Notes: generated by a model from the sequence alone, not told the origin. A stretch of DNA of 64,000 nucleotides from Paracoccaceae bacterium (GCA_043736155.1 JAYTDA010000172.1:1516-65515); one strand, 5' to 3'; counted from the first letter of the stretch, positions 18,280 through 32,389 are shown. Program-made: numbers and translations.

Positions 18280-19668
18280 CTATCTGCGGTTGAATTCGGG
18301 CGAGGCGAGGATGATGCCGGTGCCGACCGGAAAGCTTTCGGCCCGTTCGGCAGCCAGCACCAGACCGGGGCTGGCGGCATCGGCCAGCGCTGCCCTGACC
18401 ATCAGGCGCGGGTCCGGCAGGTCCGCTGCCAGCTGCGACGGGGCAGTCATTGCCCATTGGATCCGCGCCGCCAACCCCGAAGGGGTCACCCAGGCCTCGG
18501 CCTCCTCGGGCCAGCCGTTGGGGCCGGTTGGTTGCTGATAGGGCTGCCCCATCAGCTGCAGCGGGTCGATCAGCTGCGTCTTGATCTGCCGCGCTGGCAG
18601 GTTCAGCAGCCGGTGCGGCGGTACCGCCAGCGCCCGCAGCGCGGTGGCGATGAAATCCATCGGTTGCCGGACCTTTTGAAACACCGGGTCCCAGGCCGCA
18701 GGATGGGCCAGCATCGCCGCATAAACCTGCGCCAGATCGCCGTCACTGTCGGCAAAGGCCGAGGCCATCGACGCCACCAGTCCGGGGTCAGGCACATCCG
18801 CCACGAAATGCACCGCCAGCTTGCGGGCGATATGGCGGGCGGTGTCTGGATGACGGGCAATATCGTGTAACGCCGCCACCACATCCGCCAGCGTCGCAGG
18901 CCCCGCGCTGCCGTAGCTGTTGCCCAGCACCACCTCTGCCCCCGGTTCCGCCATCCCCGGGCTGAACCGAAACCCGGTTGCAAGCGAAAAGGTCAACCCG
19001 GTCAACAGCTTGGCAAATGACCGCACATCCTCCTGGCGATAGGCGCCATCGACCCCAAGGGAATGCAGTTCCAGAATTTCCCGCGCCAGATTCTCGTTCA
19101 ACCCGCGCTTTTGTCGCAGGGCAATCGGCGCATTGGGGCCGAATGACCCGACCTGATCCAGATAGACCAGCATCACCGGATGCAGCGCCGCCGCCACCAG
19201 CAGATCGCCGAATTTGCCCGCGACATGCGGGCGGATCGCGTCATCGACATAGGCCAGCGGTCCCATCATCTGCGCCGTGGTCTTGGACCGCACGGTGAAA
19301 TGGTCGGCCCAGAACCAGACCAGCCGTTCGCGAAAACCGACAGGTGCGGCGACGGCGCGGGCCAGGGTGATGGCGGCACCGCGCTGATAGCGCTCGCCCA
19401 GCGCCCGCCTGGCCTCGGTCAACGCAACCACAGCGGCAGGGTCCGGTGCCGTGCCGGTGGCCTTGACGCCGCGCGCGGCGCGCTGGGTCTCCAGATAGGA
19501 CTGTGCTTCGGCCGTGGTGTCGGCAAAACCCGTCACCGGAAACCGCGCCACCGCCCGGTCTTCGCCCGCCAGATCCGCCAGCAGCGCTACGGCATCCGCC
19601 GACGGCTCCTGCCCCGGCGACAGACCAAAGCCAAAACGGATCGCGGCAACGGTGGCGGGAAAGGTCAT
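18280..19668 (-). CDS. DUF1800 domain protein
   Basis: MTFPATVAAIRFGFGLSPGQ...NENLAREILELHSLGVDGAYRQEDV... is DUF1800-like. It is the usual upstream partner of DUF1501. Confidence 0.75.
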   Translation of the reverse strand: MTFPATVAAIRFGFGLSPGQEPSADAVALLADLAGEDRAVARFPVTGFADTTAEAQSYLETQRAARGVKATGTAPDPAAVVALTEARRALGERYQRGAAITLARAVAAPVGFRERLVWFWADHFTVRSKTTAQMMGPLAYVDDAIRPHVAGKFGDLLVAAALHPVMLVYLDQVGSFGPNAPIALRQKRGLNENLAREILELHSLGVDGAYRQEDVRSFAKLLTGLTFSLATGFRFSPGMAEPGAEVVLGNSYGSAGPATLADVVAALHDIARHPDTARHIARKLAVHFVADVPDPGLVASMASAFADSDGDLAQVYAAMLAHPAAWDPVFQKVRQPMDFIATALRALAVPPHRLLNLPARQIKTQLIDPLQLMGQPYQQPTGPNGWPEEAEAWVTPSGLAARIQWAMTAPSQLAADLPDPRLMVRAALADAASPGLVLAAERAESFPVGTGIILASPEFNRR

Positions 19669-19834
19669 GGGCGGCCTATCGGGACTGGTCCTGGAAACAT
19701 GTTTTGCAGGGCCGTGCCCCGCAATCCCTAAATAGGCGCTTGCCAGCCACTCTGCATCCCCCCGCCGGCGGCGCAGGGCGGAAACCTGCCGGTCCTCGGA
19801 TATGGCCACGACAGCACCCTGTTACCTGCTGCTG

Positions 19835-19932
19835 CCATTTTCTGTTCAAAAATATCCCACGGGGGTCCGGGGGTGTGAAACCCCCGGCTTCTTTTCAGAC
19901 CCGCGCGGGTCCGGGGGTGTGAAACCCCCGGC
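19835..19932. repeat. REP unit plus two direct copies of a 26-bp hairpin element GGGTCCGGGGGTGTGAAACCCCCGGC
   Basis: Copies at 19863-19888 and 19907-19932. Each contains the stem CCGGGGG/CCCCCGG. The block is immediately 3' of aspS (minus strand) and probably acts as its terminator. Confidence 0.8.
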
Positions 19933-19938
19933 AACCGG

Positions 19939-21903
19939 TCATTCCTTCGGGTTGACCCGCAGACTCAACTCGCGCAGCTGCACGTTGGTCGGCTCCGACG
20001 GTGCCCCCATCAGCAGATCGCAGGCCTGCTGGTTCATCGGGAACATGATAACCTCGCGGATGTTGGCCTCATCGGCCAGCAGCATCACGATGCGGTCGAT
20101 CCCGGCAGCACAACCGCCATGCGGCGGTGCGCCATAGCGGAACGCCTTGACCATGCCGCCAAACCGCTTGTCCACCTCGGCGGCCGGATAGCCCGCCAGT
20201 TCAAACGCCTTGTACATGATCTCCGGCTTGTGGTTGCGGATGCCGCCGGAAATCAGCTCATAGCCGTTGCAGGCGAGGTCGTATTGGTAGGCATAGACCT
20301 GCAAAGGATCGCCCTGCAGCGCCTCCAGCCCGCCTTGCGGCATCGAGAACGGGTTGTGGGAAAAGTCGATCTTCCCCTCGGCGGTCTTCTCGTACATCGG
20401 GAAATCGACGATCCAGGCGAACGCGAAGCGGTCGGTCTCGGTCAATCCCAGTTCGCGGCCAATCTCGTTGCGCGCCTTGCCCGCGATGGCCTCGAATGCC
20501 TCCGGCTTGCCGCCAAGGAAAAACGCGGCGTCGCCAAGGCCAAGGCCGAGTTGCAGGCGGATGGCTTCGGTGCGTTCGGGGCCGATGTTCTTGGCGAGGG
20601 GTCCTGCGGCTTCCATTCCTGAAGAAAAGAATTCGTGGATCAGCTTATCGGCTTTAAGGATGGCTTCACTGTCGCCATTTGCGAGGTGTCCAAGAATTTC
20701 CTCGACAACGTCCTTATTGTCCTGAGACAGCCCACCGCTCAGTTCTCGAACTTTAGAGTCGTCCGCGACGGAGCCAAGATACCAGTCACGAAGTGCGGGA
20801 TATAGCCGTGTATCCACATCTCCACGCCAGAAAATATACCCCATCCCCGGCAGCCCCTCTTTCTGGGCAAAGGCGTTCATCCGGTCGCAGAACTTGCGGC
20901 TACCACCCGTCGGTGCCGGAATTGCCCGCACCTCATTCCCCGCCACCTCCAGCAACTTCGCGAAAATCGCAAACCCCGATCCGGCGAAATGCGCCGACAC
21001 ATCCTGCATCCGGATCGGGTTGCGCAAGTCGGGTTTGTCCGATCCGTACCATTTGAAACTGTCGCGATAGGTAATCAGCGGCCAGTCCTGATCCACCTTG
21101 CGCCCGCCGCCAAACTCGGTGAAAATCCCCGACAGCACCGGTTGCACAGCAGCAAACACATCGGCCTGTTCAACGAAACTCATCTCGATATCCAGCTGAT
21201 AGAAATCGGTCGGTGAGCGGTCCGCCCTCGGGTCTTCATCGCGAAAACACGGCGCAATCTGGAAATAGCGGTCGAACCCCGCCACCATGATCAGCTGTTT
21301 GAACTGCTGCGGTGCCTGTGGCAGGGCATAGAATTTCCCCGGATGCAGCCGCGACGGCACCAGAAAGTCCCGCGCCCCTTCGGGGCTGCTCGCCGTGATG
21401 ATCGGGGTCTGGAACTCGGTAAACCCCTGATCCCACATCCGCCGCCGCATCGACTGCACGACCTTCGAGCGCAACATCATGTTGCCATGCAGCTTTTCGC
21501 GGCGCAGGTCGAGAAACCGGTAGGTCAGCCGGGTTTCCTCGGGGTAATCCACTTCGCCAAACACCGGCATCGGCAGCTCGTCGGCGGCCCCCAGCACCGT
21601 CAGGCCCTTGACATAAACTTCGATCCCGCCGGTCGCGATCTTCGGGTTGACCAGTGACGCATCGCGCGCCTTGACCACACCATCGATCCGCACCACCCAT
21701 TCGGCCCGCACCCGGCCCACCTCGGCAAAGGCGGCACTGTCGCTGTCGGCGATCACCTGCGTGATGCCATAATGGTCGCGCAGGTCGATGAACAGCACAC
21801 CGCCATGGTCGCGGACCCGGTGCACCCAGCCCGACAGGCGCACCGCTTGGCCGACATGGGCAATGGAAAGATCGGCGCAGGTATGGCTGCGATAGGCGTG
21901 CAT
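19939..21903 (-). CDS. aspS: aspartate--tRNA ligase carrying an in-frame insertion of about 65 aa
   Basis: [46 protein letters not shown]...[16 protein letters not shown]...GGIRNH...: class II motifs. It is 654 aa from the ATG at 21903, versus 590 aa for E. coli AspS. Confidence 0.95.
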   Translation of the reverse strand: MHAYRSHTCADLSIAHVGQAVRLSGWVHRVRDHGGVLFIDLRDHYGITQVIADSDSAAFAEVGRVRAEWVVRIDGVVKARDASLVNPKIATGGIEVYVKGLTVLGAADELPMPVFGEVDYPEETRLTYRFLDLRREKLHGNMMLRSKVVQSMRRRMWDQGFTEFQTPIITASSPEGARDFLVPSRLHPGKFYALPQAPQQFKQLIMVAGFDRYFQIAPCFRDEDPRADRSPTDFYQLDIEMSFVEQADVFAAVQPVLSGIFTEFGGGRKVDQDWPLITYRDSFKWYGSDKPDLRNPIRMQDVSAHFAGSGFAIFAKLLEVAGNEVRAIPAPTGGSRKFCDRMNAFAQKEGLPGMGYIFWRGDVDTRLYPALRDWYLGSVADDSKVRELSGGLSQDNKDVVEEILGHLANGDSEAILKADKLIHEFFSSGMEAAGPLAKNIGPERTEAIRLQLGLGLGDAAFFLGGKPEAFEAIAGKARNEIGRELGLTETDRFAFAWIVDFPMYEKTAEGKIDFSHNPFSMPQGGLEALQGDPLQVYAYQYDLACNGYELISGGIRNHKPEIMYKAFELAGYPAAEVDKRFGGMVKAFRYGAPPHGGCAAGIDRIVMLLADEANIREVIMFPMNQQACDLLMGAPSEPTNVQLRELSLRVNPKE

Positions 21904-22139
21904 GATGCCCCCTTCACGAGGTGTCGCTGGCTGGAATTGGTCCGCAGCCGATACATACGTTGCTCTGCGGGAAGTCAAGTAACCTCTGCCATCCGCCGCA
22001 CGGTGTTGTGCCAAAAGACATTGGAACTGCAAGGAACAATCCTATACATTAACCTGTGTCAGCAATCGGCAAAGGCCAAAGGGGTACGCCTGCCAGAAGT
22101 TGACCGGGACCTGAAGCTGACCAAAATCGGAGACACGGG

Positions 22140-23372
22140 ATGTGGGACCGGATCCTGGATCATATGCTGGGAAAGCTGATCAAAACCGGCACGCTGGTCC
22201 TGCGGCTGCCGGGTGGCGCCACCCTGCGCCACGGCGATGGCACCAGCCCCGAAGTCACCGCAACGCTGACCGACCCCGCCCTTGCCGGAAAACTGGTGCG
22301 CAACCCCGAACTGGCGCTGGGCGAGGCCTATATGAACGGCACTCTGCTGATCGAGGGCGATGACCTGCACGGGCTGTTGACCCTCGTGATCCAGAATGCC
22401 ACCGAAAACGGCCACGTCTGGTGGCACCGCGGGATCGCCCGGGTGCGGGAGGCGCTGAAATTCCTGTCACAGTTCAATCCAACGCCCCGGGCCCGGCGCA
22501 ATGTCGCGCATCATTATGACCTGTCGGGGGAGTTGTATGACCTGTTTCTCGATGCCGACCGGCAATATTCCTGTGCCTATTTCAAACAGCCGACCGATAC
22601 GCTGGAACAGGCCCAGGCGCAGAAAAAGGCGCATATCGCCGCCAAACTGCGGATCGAACCGGGGATGCGGGTCTTGGATATCGGCTGTGGCTGGGGTGGG
22701 CTGGGGCTGACCCTGGCGCGCGATTATGGTGCCCAGGTGCTGGGGGTGACGCTCAGCGCCGAACAGCACAAGATCGCCCAGCACCGCGCCGAAGCGGCGG
22801 GACTAAGCAGCCAGGTCGCATTCCGCCTGACCGATTACCGCCATGTCACCGGCCAGTTCGACCGGGTGGTGTCGGTCGGCATGTTCGAACATGTCGGTGT
22901 CCCGCATTACCGCGAATATTTCCGCAACGTCGCCTCCCGCCTGGCCCCGGACGGCGTGGCGCTGATCCATACCATCGGGCGCGCGTCGCCGCCCGGCTAT
23001 ACCAGCCCCTGGGTCACCAAATACATCTTTCCCGGCGGCTACGTTCCGTCATTGTCGGAACTGATGCCTGCGGTTGAGCATGAAGGGTTATGGCCCACCG
23101 ATATCGAGGTCTGGCGCATGCATTACGCCGAAACCCTGCGCCACTGGCATGACCGGTTCATCGCCAACATCGACCGGGCACGGACGATCTATGACGAACG
23201 CTTCTGCCGGATGTGGCGCTATTATCTGGTGGCGGCGGAACTGACCTTTCGCGTTGGCCGGCAATGCGTGTTTCAGGTGCAACTGGCACATGACCAACGG
23301 GCAGTGCCGCTGACACGGGATTACATTGCCGCGTCACCCCCACCGGCAAAGCTGGTCAAGGCGGCGGAATAG
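22140..23372 (+). CDS. cfa: cyclopropane-fatty-acyl-phospholipid synthase family methyltransferase
   Basis: NVAHHYDLSGELYDLFLDADRQYSCAYF...VLDIGCGWGGLGLTLAR...: CMAS family with a SAM motif. Confidence 0.88.
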   Translation: MWDRILDHMLGKLIKTGTLVLRLPGGATLRHGDGTSPEVTATLTDPALAGKLVRNPELALGEAYMNGTLLIEGDDLHGLLTLVIQNATENGHVWWHRGIARVREALKFLSQFNPTPRARRNVAHHYDLSGELYDLFLDADRQYSCAYFKQPTDTLEQAQAQKKAHIAAKLRIEPGMRVLDIGCGWGGLGLTLARDYGAQVLGVTLSAEQHKIAQHRAEAAGLSSQVAFRLTDYRHVTGQFDRVVSVGMFEHVGVPHYREYFRNVASRLAPDGVALIHTIGRASPPGYTSPWVTKYIFPGGYVPSLSELMPAVEHEGLWPTDIEVWRMHYAETLRHWHDRFIANIDRARTIYDERFCRMWRYYLVAAELTFRVGRQCVFQVQLAHDQRAVPLTRDYIAASPPPAKLVKAAE

Positions 23373-23373
23373 A

Positions 23374-23997
23374 TCAGGGGTTGCGGGCCACCACCGGGGC
23401 CAGCGCGGGCCGAGCGGCGACCGCTGCACAGAGCCGGATGACTTTGGGGCATTGCGCCGCCAATGAAGCTTGATCGACCCACCCCGCCAGCATCCAGATC
23501 ATCAGATCCAGCATCTGCACCTTGTCGCCAAAGTGATAGGGTCCCGACCCAAGTGCCGCTTCATAGATCGCAAAATGTTGCAAAACATAAATTTGCGCGG
23601 CTGCTTTCACAGAACCCGCAGCAGCGGCATCGGTGACAAAACGATCGGAATAGAACAGCCGCAGGATGCCTTCGTACAGATTGGCATGGGCAAAGGTCAG
23701 CCAGCGGTCATGCTGGGCGCGCGCCGGTGATCCGGGTACCGGGGCCAGCCCCGCCGCCGGAAAGGCATCGGCCAGATGCTGCAGCATCGCTGCGGTTTCC
23801 GTCATCACCGATCCATCCGGCAGCATCAGCGCCGGCACCTGCCCCCGCGGGTTCAGCGCCAGAAATCCGGGATCAGGGGCGCCGTCAGCCGTCTTTGGCA
23901 CATTGACCAGATCGCAAGGCACCCCCAGTTCGGCAAAGGCGGCTTCAACCACCATGTTGCCAGCACCCGGCCGCCCGTAAAGCCTGTAACCCGTCAT
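23374..23997 (-). CDS. glutathione S-transferase family protein
   Basis: MTGYRLYGRPGAGNMVVEAAFAELGVPCDLVNV...LNPRGQVPALMLPDGSVMTETAAMLQHL is a GST N-terminal thioredoxin-like motif. ATGA overlap with the upstream gene. Confidence 0.8.
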   Translation of the reverse strand: MTGYRLYGRPGAGNMVVEAAFAELGVPCDLVNVPKTADGAPDPGFLALNPRGQVPALMLPDGSVMTETAAMLQHLADAFPAAGLAPVPGSPARAQHDRWLTFAHANLYEGILRLFYSDRFVTDAAAAGSVKAAAQIYVLQHFAIYEAALGSGPYHFGDKVQMLDLMIWMLAGWVDQASLAAQCPKVIRLCAAVAARPALAPVVARNP

Positions 23998-24644
23998 ATC
24001 CCCGCCCCCTCTGTCAGCACCGCCGGGATCAGCCCGCGCAGCGCATTGCCAACCCATAAATTCACTTCACCCAGCGCCGCCTCTGGCAGCACCGCTTCCC
24101 GGCACTGCCCGCTGTCCAGCAATTCCGCCCGCAGAATACCCGGCAACAGGCCACAGCTCAGCGGTGGCGTACAGAGCCCCTGCCCTGCATCAAAGAACAG
24201 AGTGGTGATGGTGCCTTCGCACACCTCGCCACGCTGGTTCAAAAACAGCATTTCGTCGGTGCCAGCCGGCAGGGCACCGCGCACCCGGTCATAAACCGCG
24301 CGTTCGGTGGTCTTGACGCCCAGCCAGGGATTTGAAGCGTTCAGCCGCTCCATCGCAATCCCGACATGCCAGACAGCCGCCGCCTGCGCCATGGCCGCAT
24401 CGGTCACGACAACGCGGCCATCCAGCGCCACCGTCACCCTGATCCGCAACGGCCCGGTATCGGGCAGCGCATCCAGCTGCACCAGCACCTGCATCGGGTC
24501 AAACGCGATGCCGAACCGGGCACAGGTCACAGCCATCCGCGCCATGTGCCGGTGAAGCCGGGGAAAGCGGCGGCCATCCCAGCCAAAGGTTTCAATCACC
24601 CGAAAGCTGGCCGGATCGGGCGGGATCAGGTCAGGCAATGCCAT
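23994..24644 (-). CDS. pabC: aminodeoxychorismate lyase-like (class IV aminotransferase fold)
   Basis: Short fold-type IV protein: ...MLFLNQRGEVCEGTITTLFF...TPPLSCGLLPGILRAELL... It lies downstream of pabB. Confidence 0.65.
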   Translation of the reverse strand: MALPDLIPPDPASFRVIETFGWDGRRFPRLHRHMARMAVTCARFGIAFDPMQVLVQLDALPDTGPLRIRVTVALDGRVVVTDAAMAQAAAVWHVGIAMERLNASNPWLGVKTTERAVYDRVRGALPAGTDEMLFLNQRGEVCEGTITTLFFDAGQGLCTPPLSCGLLPGILRAELLDSGQCREAVLPEAALGEVNLWVGNALRGLIPAVLTEGAGI

Positions 24645-24689
24645 GGCAACCGGCTTGATGGCCTGAACCCTTTGACTGCAGCATCGCAG

Positions 24690-24730
24690 CCTTCTCCCTC
24701 CCCCCAGTGGCGAGGGTCGGGGTGGGGGAA
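24690..24730. repeat. REP copy (CCTTCTCCCTCCCCCCAGTGGCGAGGGTCGGGGTGGGGGAA)
   Basis: Shares the GAGGGTCGGGGTGGGGG box with 4722-4742. Located in the pabB-pabC spacer. Confidence 0.7.
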
Positions 24731-24761
24731 CGGCGGCAATCCGGGTCGCGTTTCGTTTCCC

Positions 24762-25904
24762 CTATCCCAACTTTGCAAACCGGGCTTTCCACAGCGCCTC
24801 CTCATATTCCGCCTCTGCGGTGCTGTCATACACCAGACCACCACCGACATTCATCACCACGTTCCAGCCCGGGTCGGGTCCACCGTCAAACAGGCTCAGC
24901 GTCCGGATTGCCACGTTGAACTGCGCCGCCCCATCCGGGGCAATCCAGCCGATGGCGCCGCAATAGGGCCCGCGCGGTTCCGGCTCCAGGTCCCGGATCA
25001 CCTCCATTGCCCGGATTTTCGGCGCTCCGGTGATCGAGCCACAGGGGAACAGCGCGCGAAACAGCGCCTCGACATTCAAGGGGGCGCTCAATTGCCCGAC
25101 AATGCGGGAAATCATCTGATGCACGGTGGCATAGGTTTCCACCCGGAACAATTCCGGCACCCTGACAGATCCCACTGCACACAACCGGCTGATGTCATTG
25201 CGCAAAAGATCGACAATCATCAGGTTTTCCGCCCGGTCCTTGGCGCTGGCAGCCAATGCGGCCTTCAACCCGGCATCGCGCACCGGGTCCGGGTCGCGCC
25301 GCGCCGTGCCTTTCATCGGCCAGGTTTCGATCCGGCCGGATGCTGACAGGCGAAAGAACAACTCGGGTGACCGCGACAGGATCACCGGCCCCTGCCCCAG
25401 ATCGGCAAAGGCACCGTGGCGCACCGGCTGCACCGCCCGCAGCGCGCCATAAAGCCCCAGCGCAGTGCCGCTGGCCCGTGCCCGGATCGGCACCGTCAGA
25501 TTGACCTGATAGCAATCACCGGCGCGGATCAGCTCGGCGACCTGATCAAACGCCTGGCCATAGCGCTCCGCCGTCCAGTCCGGCTGCAAGGTGCTCAGCC
25601 CGGCACCTGCCGCCTCGGCATCGGCCTGCGCCAGCAGCGGGGTGCCATCGACCGGGGCTTCATGCACCTCGAACGCCAGCAGCGGCACCCGGCGGTTGCC
25701 CGGCATCAACGCCGCCAGCTTCGGTTCCAGCGCATAGCCCAGTTCATAGCTGGCATAGCCCGCCAACCAGTGCCCGCTGGCCCGTGCCGCCGCCATCGCG
25801 GCAAAAGCCGGTGCGATCTCCTCCGGTTCCCAGGCGGTGACAAGCGCCTGCCTGCCGGTAAACAGCACCGGTTGCCGCGCCGGGCCCTGGTCAAACAAGA
25901 TCAA
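24762..25904 (-). CDS. pabB: aminodeoxychorismate synthase component I
   Basis: ...SPELFFRL...IETWPMKGT...DRAENLMIVDLLRNDISR...FPCGSITGAPKIRAMEVI...EPRGPYCGAIGW... are chorismate-binding enzyme motifs. The start is uncertain (the track start is a TTG). Confidence 0.85.
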   Translation of the reverse strand: MILFDQGPARQPVLFTGRQALVTAWEPEEIAPAFAAMAAARASGHWLAGYASYELGYALEPKLAALMPGNRRVPLLAFEVHEAPVDGTPLLAQADAEAAGAGLSTLQPDWTAERYGQAFDQVAELIRAGDCYQVNLTVPIRARASGTALGLYGALRAVQPVRHGAFADLGQGPVILSRSPELFFRLSASGRIETWPMKGTARRDPDPVRDAGLKAALAASAKDRAENLMIVDLLRNDISRLCAVGSVRVPELFRVETYATVHQMISRIVGQLSAPLNVEALFRALFPCGSITGAPKIRAMEVIRDLEPEPRGPYCGAIGWIAPDGAAQFNVAIRTLSLFDGGPDPGWNVVMNVGGGLVYDSTAEAEYEEALWKARFAKLG

Positions 25905-26149
25905 CGGCTACCCCCATTCCTGCCCCTGTCCTAGGCCGAACCCTCGTTCTGTGCCAGCCGGTTTCAGCCCGTTTCGCCGCCAATTGCGACCTGGATGCCC
26001 CGCAAGCGGGCCGTGGCCACCCTCCCAAGATGCCCAACTTTCGGCTGTAAATTTCTATTCATTGCTTGCCAGCCTGAAAATCTGTGGTTTCATGGTTGCA
26101 GAGCCAACACTCATAAGGCTCAGTTCAACAAATAGAGGAAGGGACCATC

Positions 26150-27706
26150 ATGGCGGACAAATATACCGACATGGAGCATAAGGAGGATGTAAAAGTCCTT
26201 CATGGCATGGGCTACGCCCAGGAACTATCGCGCTCGATGTCGAAATTCTCCAACTTCGCGATCAGCTTTTCGATCATCTGCATCCTGTCCGGCGGGATCA
26301 ACTCGTTTGCCCAGGCAATCTCGTCGGTTGGCGGCGCCGGGGCGGGTATCGGCTGGATCGTCGGCTGCATCCTCTCTGGCATGTTTGCGCTGGCGATGGC
26401 GCAGATCGCTTCGGCTTTCCCGACAGCGGGGGGGCTTTATCACTGGGCGTCGATCCTTGGCGGCCGGTTCTGGGGCTGGCTGACGGCGTGGCTGAACCTG
26501 CTGGGCCTGATCACCGTGCTGGGGGCGATCAACATCGGCACCGCCTATTTCTTTGCCGGAACATTCGGGTCGATGTTCGGCTTTACCGGCACCGATATGC
26601 AGGTGGTGCTGTTTGTCGCGGTGATCACCGCGGTTCAAGCGCTGTTCAACCACATGGGGATCAAGGTCACAACGATGCTGACCGACATCTCCGGTTACAT
26701 CATCTTTGCCACCACAGCGGTGCTGGTGGTTGCGTGCCTTTACTATGCCCCGGCGATCGACATTTCGCGGCTGTGGACCTTTACCAACTTCTCGGGTGAA
26801 GCCGGCGGCAACGTGTTCCCGCAGTCGGACAATGTCGGTTACCTGTTCCTGCTGTGTCTGCTGTTGCCGGTCTATACCATCACCGGCTACGACGCTTCGG
26901 CCCATACCTCCGAAGAAACCAGGAGTGCCGCGACATCGGTGCCACGCGGCATCGTGACAGCAGTGATCTGGTCGTCACTGGCCGGCTGGGTCATGGTCAT
27001 CGCCATCACGCTGGCGATCCCGGATCTGGCAGTGGCAGCTGGGCAAGGCTGGGGTATGTTCTTTGCCACCATGGATGCGATCCTGCCTGCGGGTCTGAAA
27101 ACCATCCTGTATCTCGGCATCCTGATTGCGCAACTGCTGTGCGGTCTGGCAACCGTCACTTCCGCCAGCCGGATGCTGTTCGCCTTTTCCCGCGATGACG
27201 GCATGCCGGTCGGCTCCAAGGCGTTGGCGTCGGTATCACCAAAGTACCGCACCCCGGTGAATGCGATCTGGACGGCGACGGTGCTGTGCATCCTGTATGT
27301 GGTGCTGGCAATGACCATCAAGGTGGCGGGCACCTCGATTTATGTGATCGTGGTGAACTCCACCCTGGTGTTCCTGTTCCTGTCGTTCACGGTGCCGCTG
27401 GTGGCGGGCATGTTTGCCTATGGCACCGCCAAATGGCCGAACCCCGGCCCCTGGGCAATGGCGACCGGCACTTACAAACTGGTCACGGTGCTGTCGGTTG
27501 TTGGCATGGCGGTGATCCTGTTCATCGCGGTGGCACCGCCGAACGGGCGGGTGCTCTGGGTGGTGCTGGGCTTTATCGCGCTGGCGCTGGTGATGTGGGT
27601 TCTGGTGGAAAACCGCCGGTTCCAGGGCCCCCCCACCGGTGACCGGATCGCGGCGCGCAAGGCAGCGATTGCTGCCGCCGAAAAAGCAGTGGGTGAGGCG
27701 GTCTGA
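26150..27706 (+). CDS. APC-superfamily amino acid permease
   Basis: About 12 TM segments, with the N-terminal FSNFAISFSIICILSGG motif typical of amino acid/polyamine permeases. GAGGAAGGG sits upstream of the ATG. Confidence 0.85.
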   Translation: MADKYTDMEHKEDVKVLHGMGYAQELSRSMSKFSNFAISFSIICILSGGINSFAQAISSVGGAGAGIGWIVGCILSGMFALAMAQIASAFPTAGGLYHWASILGGRFWGWLTAWLNLLGLITVLGAINIGTAYFFAGTFGSMFGFTGTDMQVVLFVAVITAVQALFNHMGIKVTTMLTDISGYIIFATTAVLVVACLYYAPAIDISRLWTFTNFSGEAGGNVFPQSDNVGYLFLLCLLLPVYTITGYDASAHTSEETRSAATSVPRGIVTAVIWSSLAGWVMVIAITLAIPDLAVAAGQGWGMFFATMDAILPAGLKTILYLGILIAQLLCGLATVTSASRMLFAFSRDDGMPVGSKALASVSPKYRTPVNAIWTATVLCILYVVLAMTIKVAGTSIYVIVVNSTLVFLFLSFTVPLVAGMFAYGTAKWPNPGPWAMATGTYKLVTVLSVVGMAVILFIAVAPPNGRVLWVVLGFIALALVMWVLVENRRFQGPPTGDRIAARKAAIAAAEKAVGEAV

Positions 27707-27817
27707 GCCTGCCGCACTGGCAAGACATCAGGCGGCAGGGTCCACCCTGCCGCCTTTTGCTTGACCGCCAGCGCAGGCTGGCAGACGGTGCACCGGACCC
27801 GACAGGAGACCGGCCCG

Positions 27818-28168
27818 ATGACCTACCTGCTGCTCAAAGCCGCCATTTCCGGCATTCTGATCGCGCTGGCATCCGAAGTGGCGCGGCGCAACGCCGGTAT
27901 CGGGGCGCTGATCGCCTCGCTGCCCCTCGTCTCAATCCTCGGGATGATCTGGCTGTGGCGCGATACCCATGACCCCTTGCGCCTTGCCGACCATGCCGCT
28001 GCCACCCTGTGGTATGTGGCACCATCGCTGCCGATGTTTGTGCTGATCCCGCTGATGCTGCGGGCCGGTTTTGGCTTTTACCTGACACTGGCGGCAGGCT
28101 GTGCCCTGACCTTTGTGCTCTATCTGGCGGCGCTGTGGCTGGGACAACGGCTGGGCTGGGCGCTGTAG
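27818..28168 (+). CDS. small 4-TM membrane protein (DUF3147-like)
   Basis: MTYLLLKAAISGILIALASEVARRN...SLPLVSILGMIWLW... ATG at 27818. Confidence 0.55.
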   Translation: MTYLLLKAAISGILIALASEVARRNAGIGALIASLPLVSILGMIWLWRDTHDPLRLADHAAATLWYVAPSLPMFVLIPLMLRAGFGFYLTLAAGCALTFVLYLAALWLGQRLGWAL

Positions 28169-28567
28169 CTACCAGATGCGGCGCAGGCCGATCAGCGTAT
28201 CAAACGCGGTATCCGCCGACACCAGCACCCAGCCATGAACCAGCGCTGTTGCCGCAATCAGCCGGTCAAACGGATCACGGTGCGGCCACGCCAAAGTACC
28301 GGCCAGGTGGGCGATTTCGGGGGTGATGTCGCACAGTCGGGCGAATTGCCACTCTGATGCTCCGATCAGCCCCGGAACCCGGGACTCCATTTCCGGCCAT
28401 TTGCCAAGGCGGACCTTCTGGGCAATCTCGAACACCGAAACGACCGACACTCTGACAACCGCAGCCTGATCGATTGCTTGCGCCGCCTTCGGGGTGACGC
28501 GCTCCTTGGCATCCATCGACCAGGCCCAGCTATGGGTGTCCAACAGGACCTCAATGGCTATTCCCAA
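28169..28567 (-). CDS. vapC: PIN-domain toxin (VapC family)
   Basis: VLLDTHSWAW...SVVSVFEIAQK...DPFDRLIAATALVHGWVLVSADTAF shows the PIN acidic residue pattern. It overlaps the antitoxin gene by 10 nt. Confidence 0.8.
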   Translation of the reverse strand: MGIAIEVLLDTHSWAWSMDAKERVTPKAAQAIDQAAVVRVSVVSVFEIAQKVRLGKWPEMESRVPGLIGASEWQFARLCDITPEIAHLAGTLAWPHRDPFDRLIAATALVHGWVLVSADTAFDTLIGLRRIW

Positions 28568-28782
28568 AGTTTCAGCTCTTCTTCACTCATCGGCTCCAGG
28601 AAATCGGGCATCGGGATCCCTTGAAAGCCCGGCACCCCGAACCTGAACTTCTTTTTCGGCTCGATCGGCACCAGCTTGACCACCGGCTTGTCGCCACGGG
28701 CGATAATGACCTCTTCCCCCCGTTCCGCTGCTTCGATCAGCTTGGACAGGTTGGTCTTGGCGGCATGAACGTTGACTTGCAT
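28558..28782 (-). CDS. Phd/YefM-type antitoxin
   Basis: MQVNVHAAKTNLSKLIEAAERGEEVIIARGDKPVVKLVPI... is a typical Phd/YefM N-terminus. An alternative ATG is at 28794. Confidence 0.75.
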   Translation of the reverse strand: MQVNVHAAKTNLSKLIEAAERGEEVIIARGDKPVVKLVPIEPKKKFRFGVPGFQGIPMPDFLEPMSEEELKLWE

Positions 28783-28922
28783 GATGCGCCTCATTCCTCT
28801 TGATTAGCTAACTTAGCCATCCACCACCGCTCCGTCAAGTCCAGCCGCGTCGATTCCGCCCTTGCGCCCCCGCCCGGCCTAGCTATAACCCCCGAAGTTT
28901 TGCGCGCGCTCAGGGGGCCCCG

Positions 28923-32354
<3,432 letters not shown>

Positions 32355-32364
32355 GGTGCGCCCG

Positions 32365-32389
32365 AAAAACGCTCCTGTGGAGCGTTTTT
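32365..32389. terminator. rho-independent, bidirectional-looking terminator AAAAACGCTCC-TGT-GGAGCGTTTTT
   Basis: Perfect stem with an A-run and a T-run, 11 nt after the carB stop. A second GC hairpin (GCCCGCGCA-CGCT-TGCGCGGGC) follows. Confidence 0.7.

Noticed and set aside
20610-20830. intein in aspS
   Set aside because: The insert is only about 65 aa. It has no Cys/Ser/Thr at the N-terminal junction, no His-Asn plus Cys/Ser/Thr at the C-terminal junction, and no endonuclease motifs.
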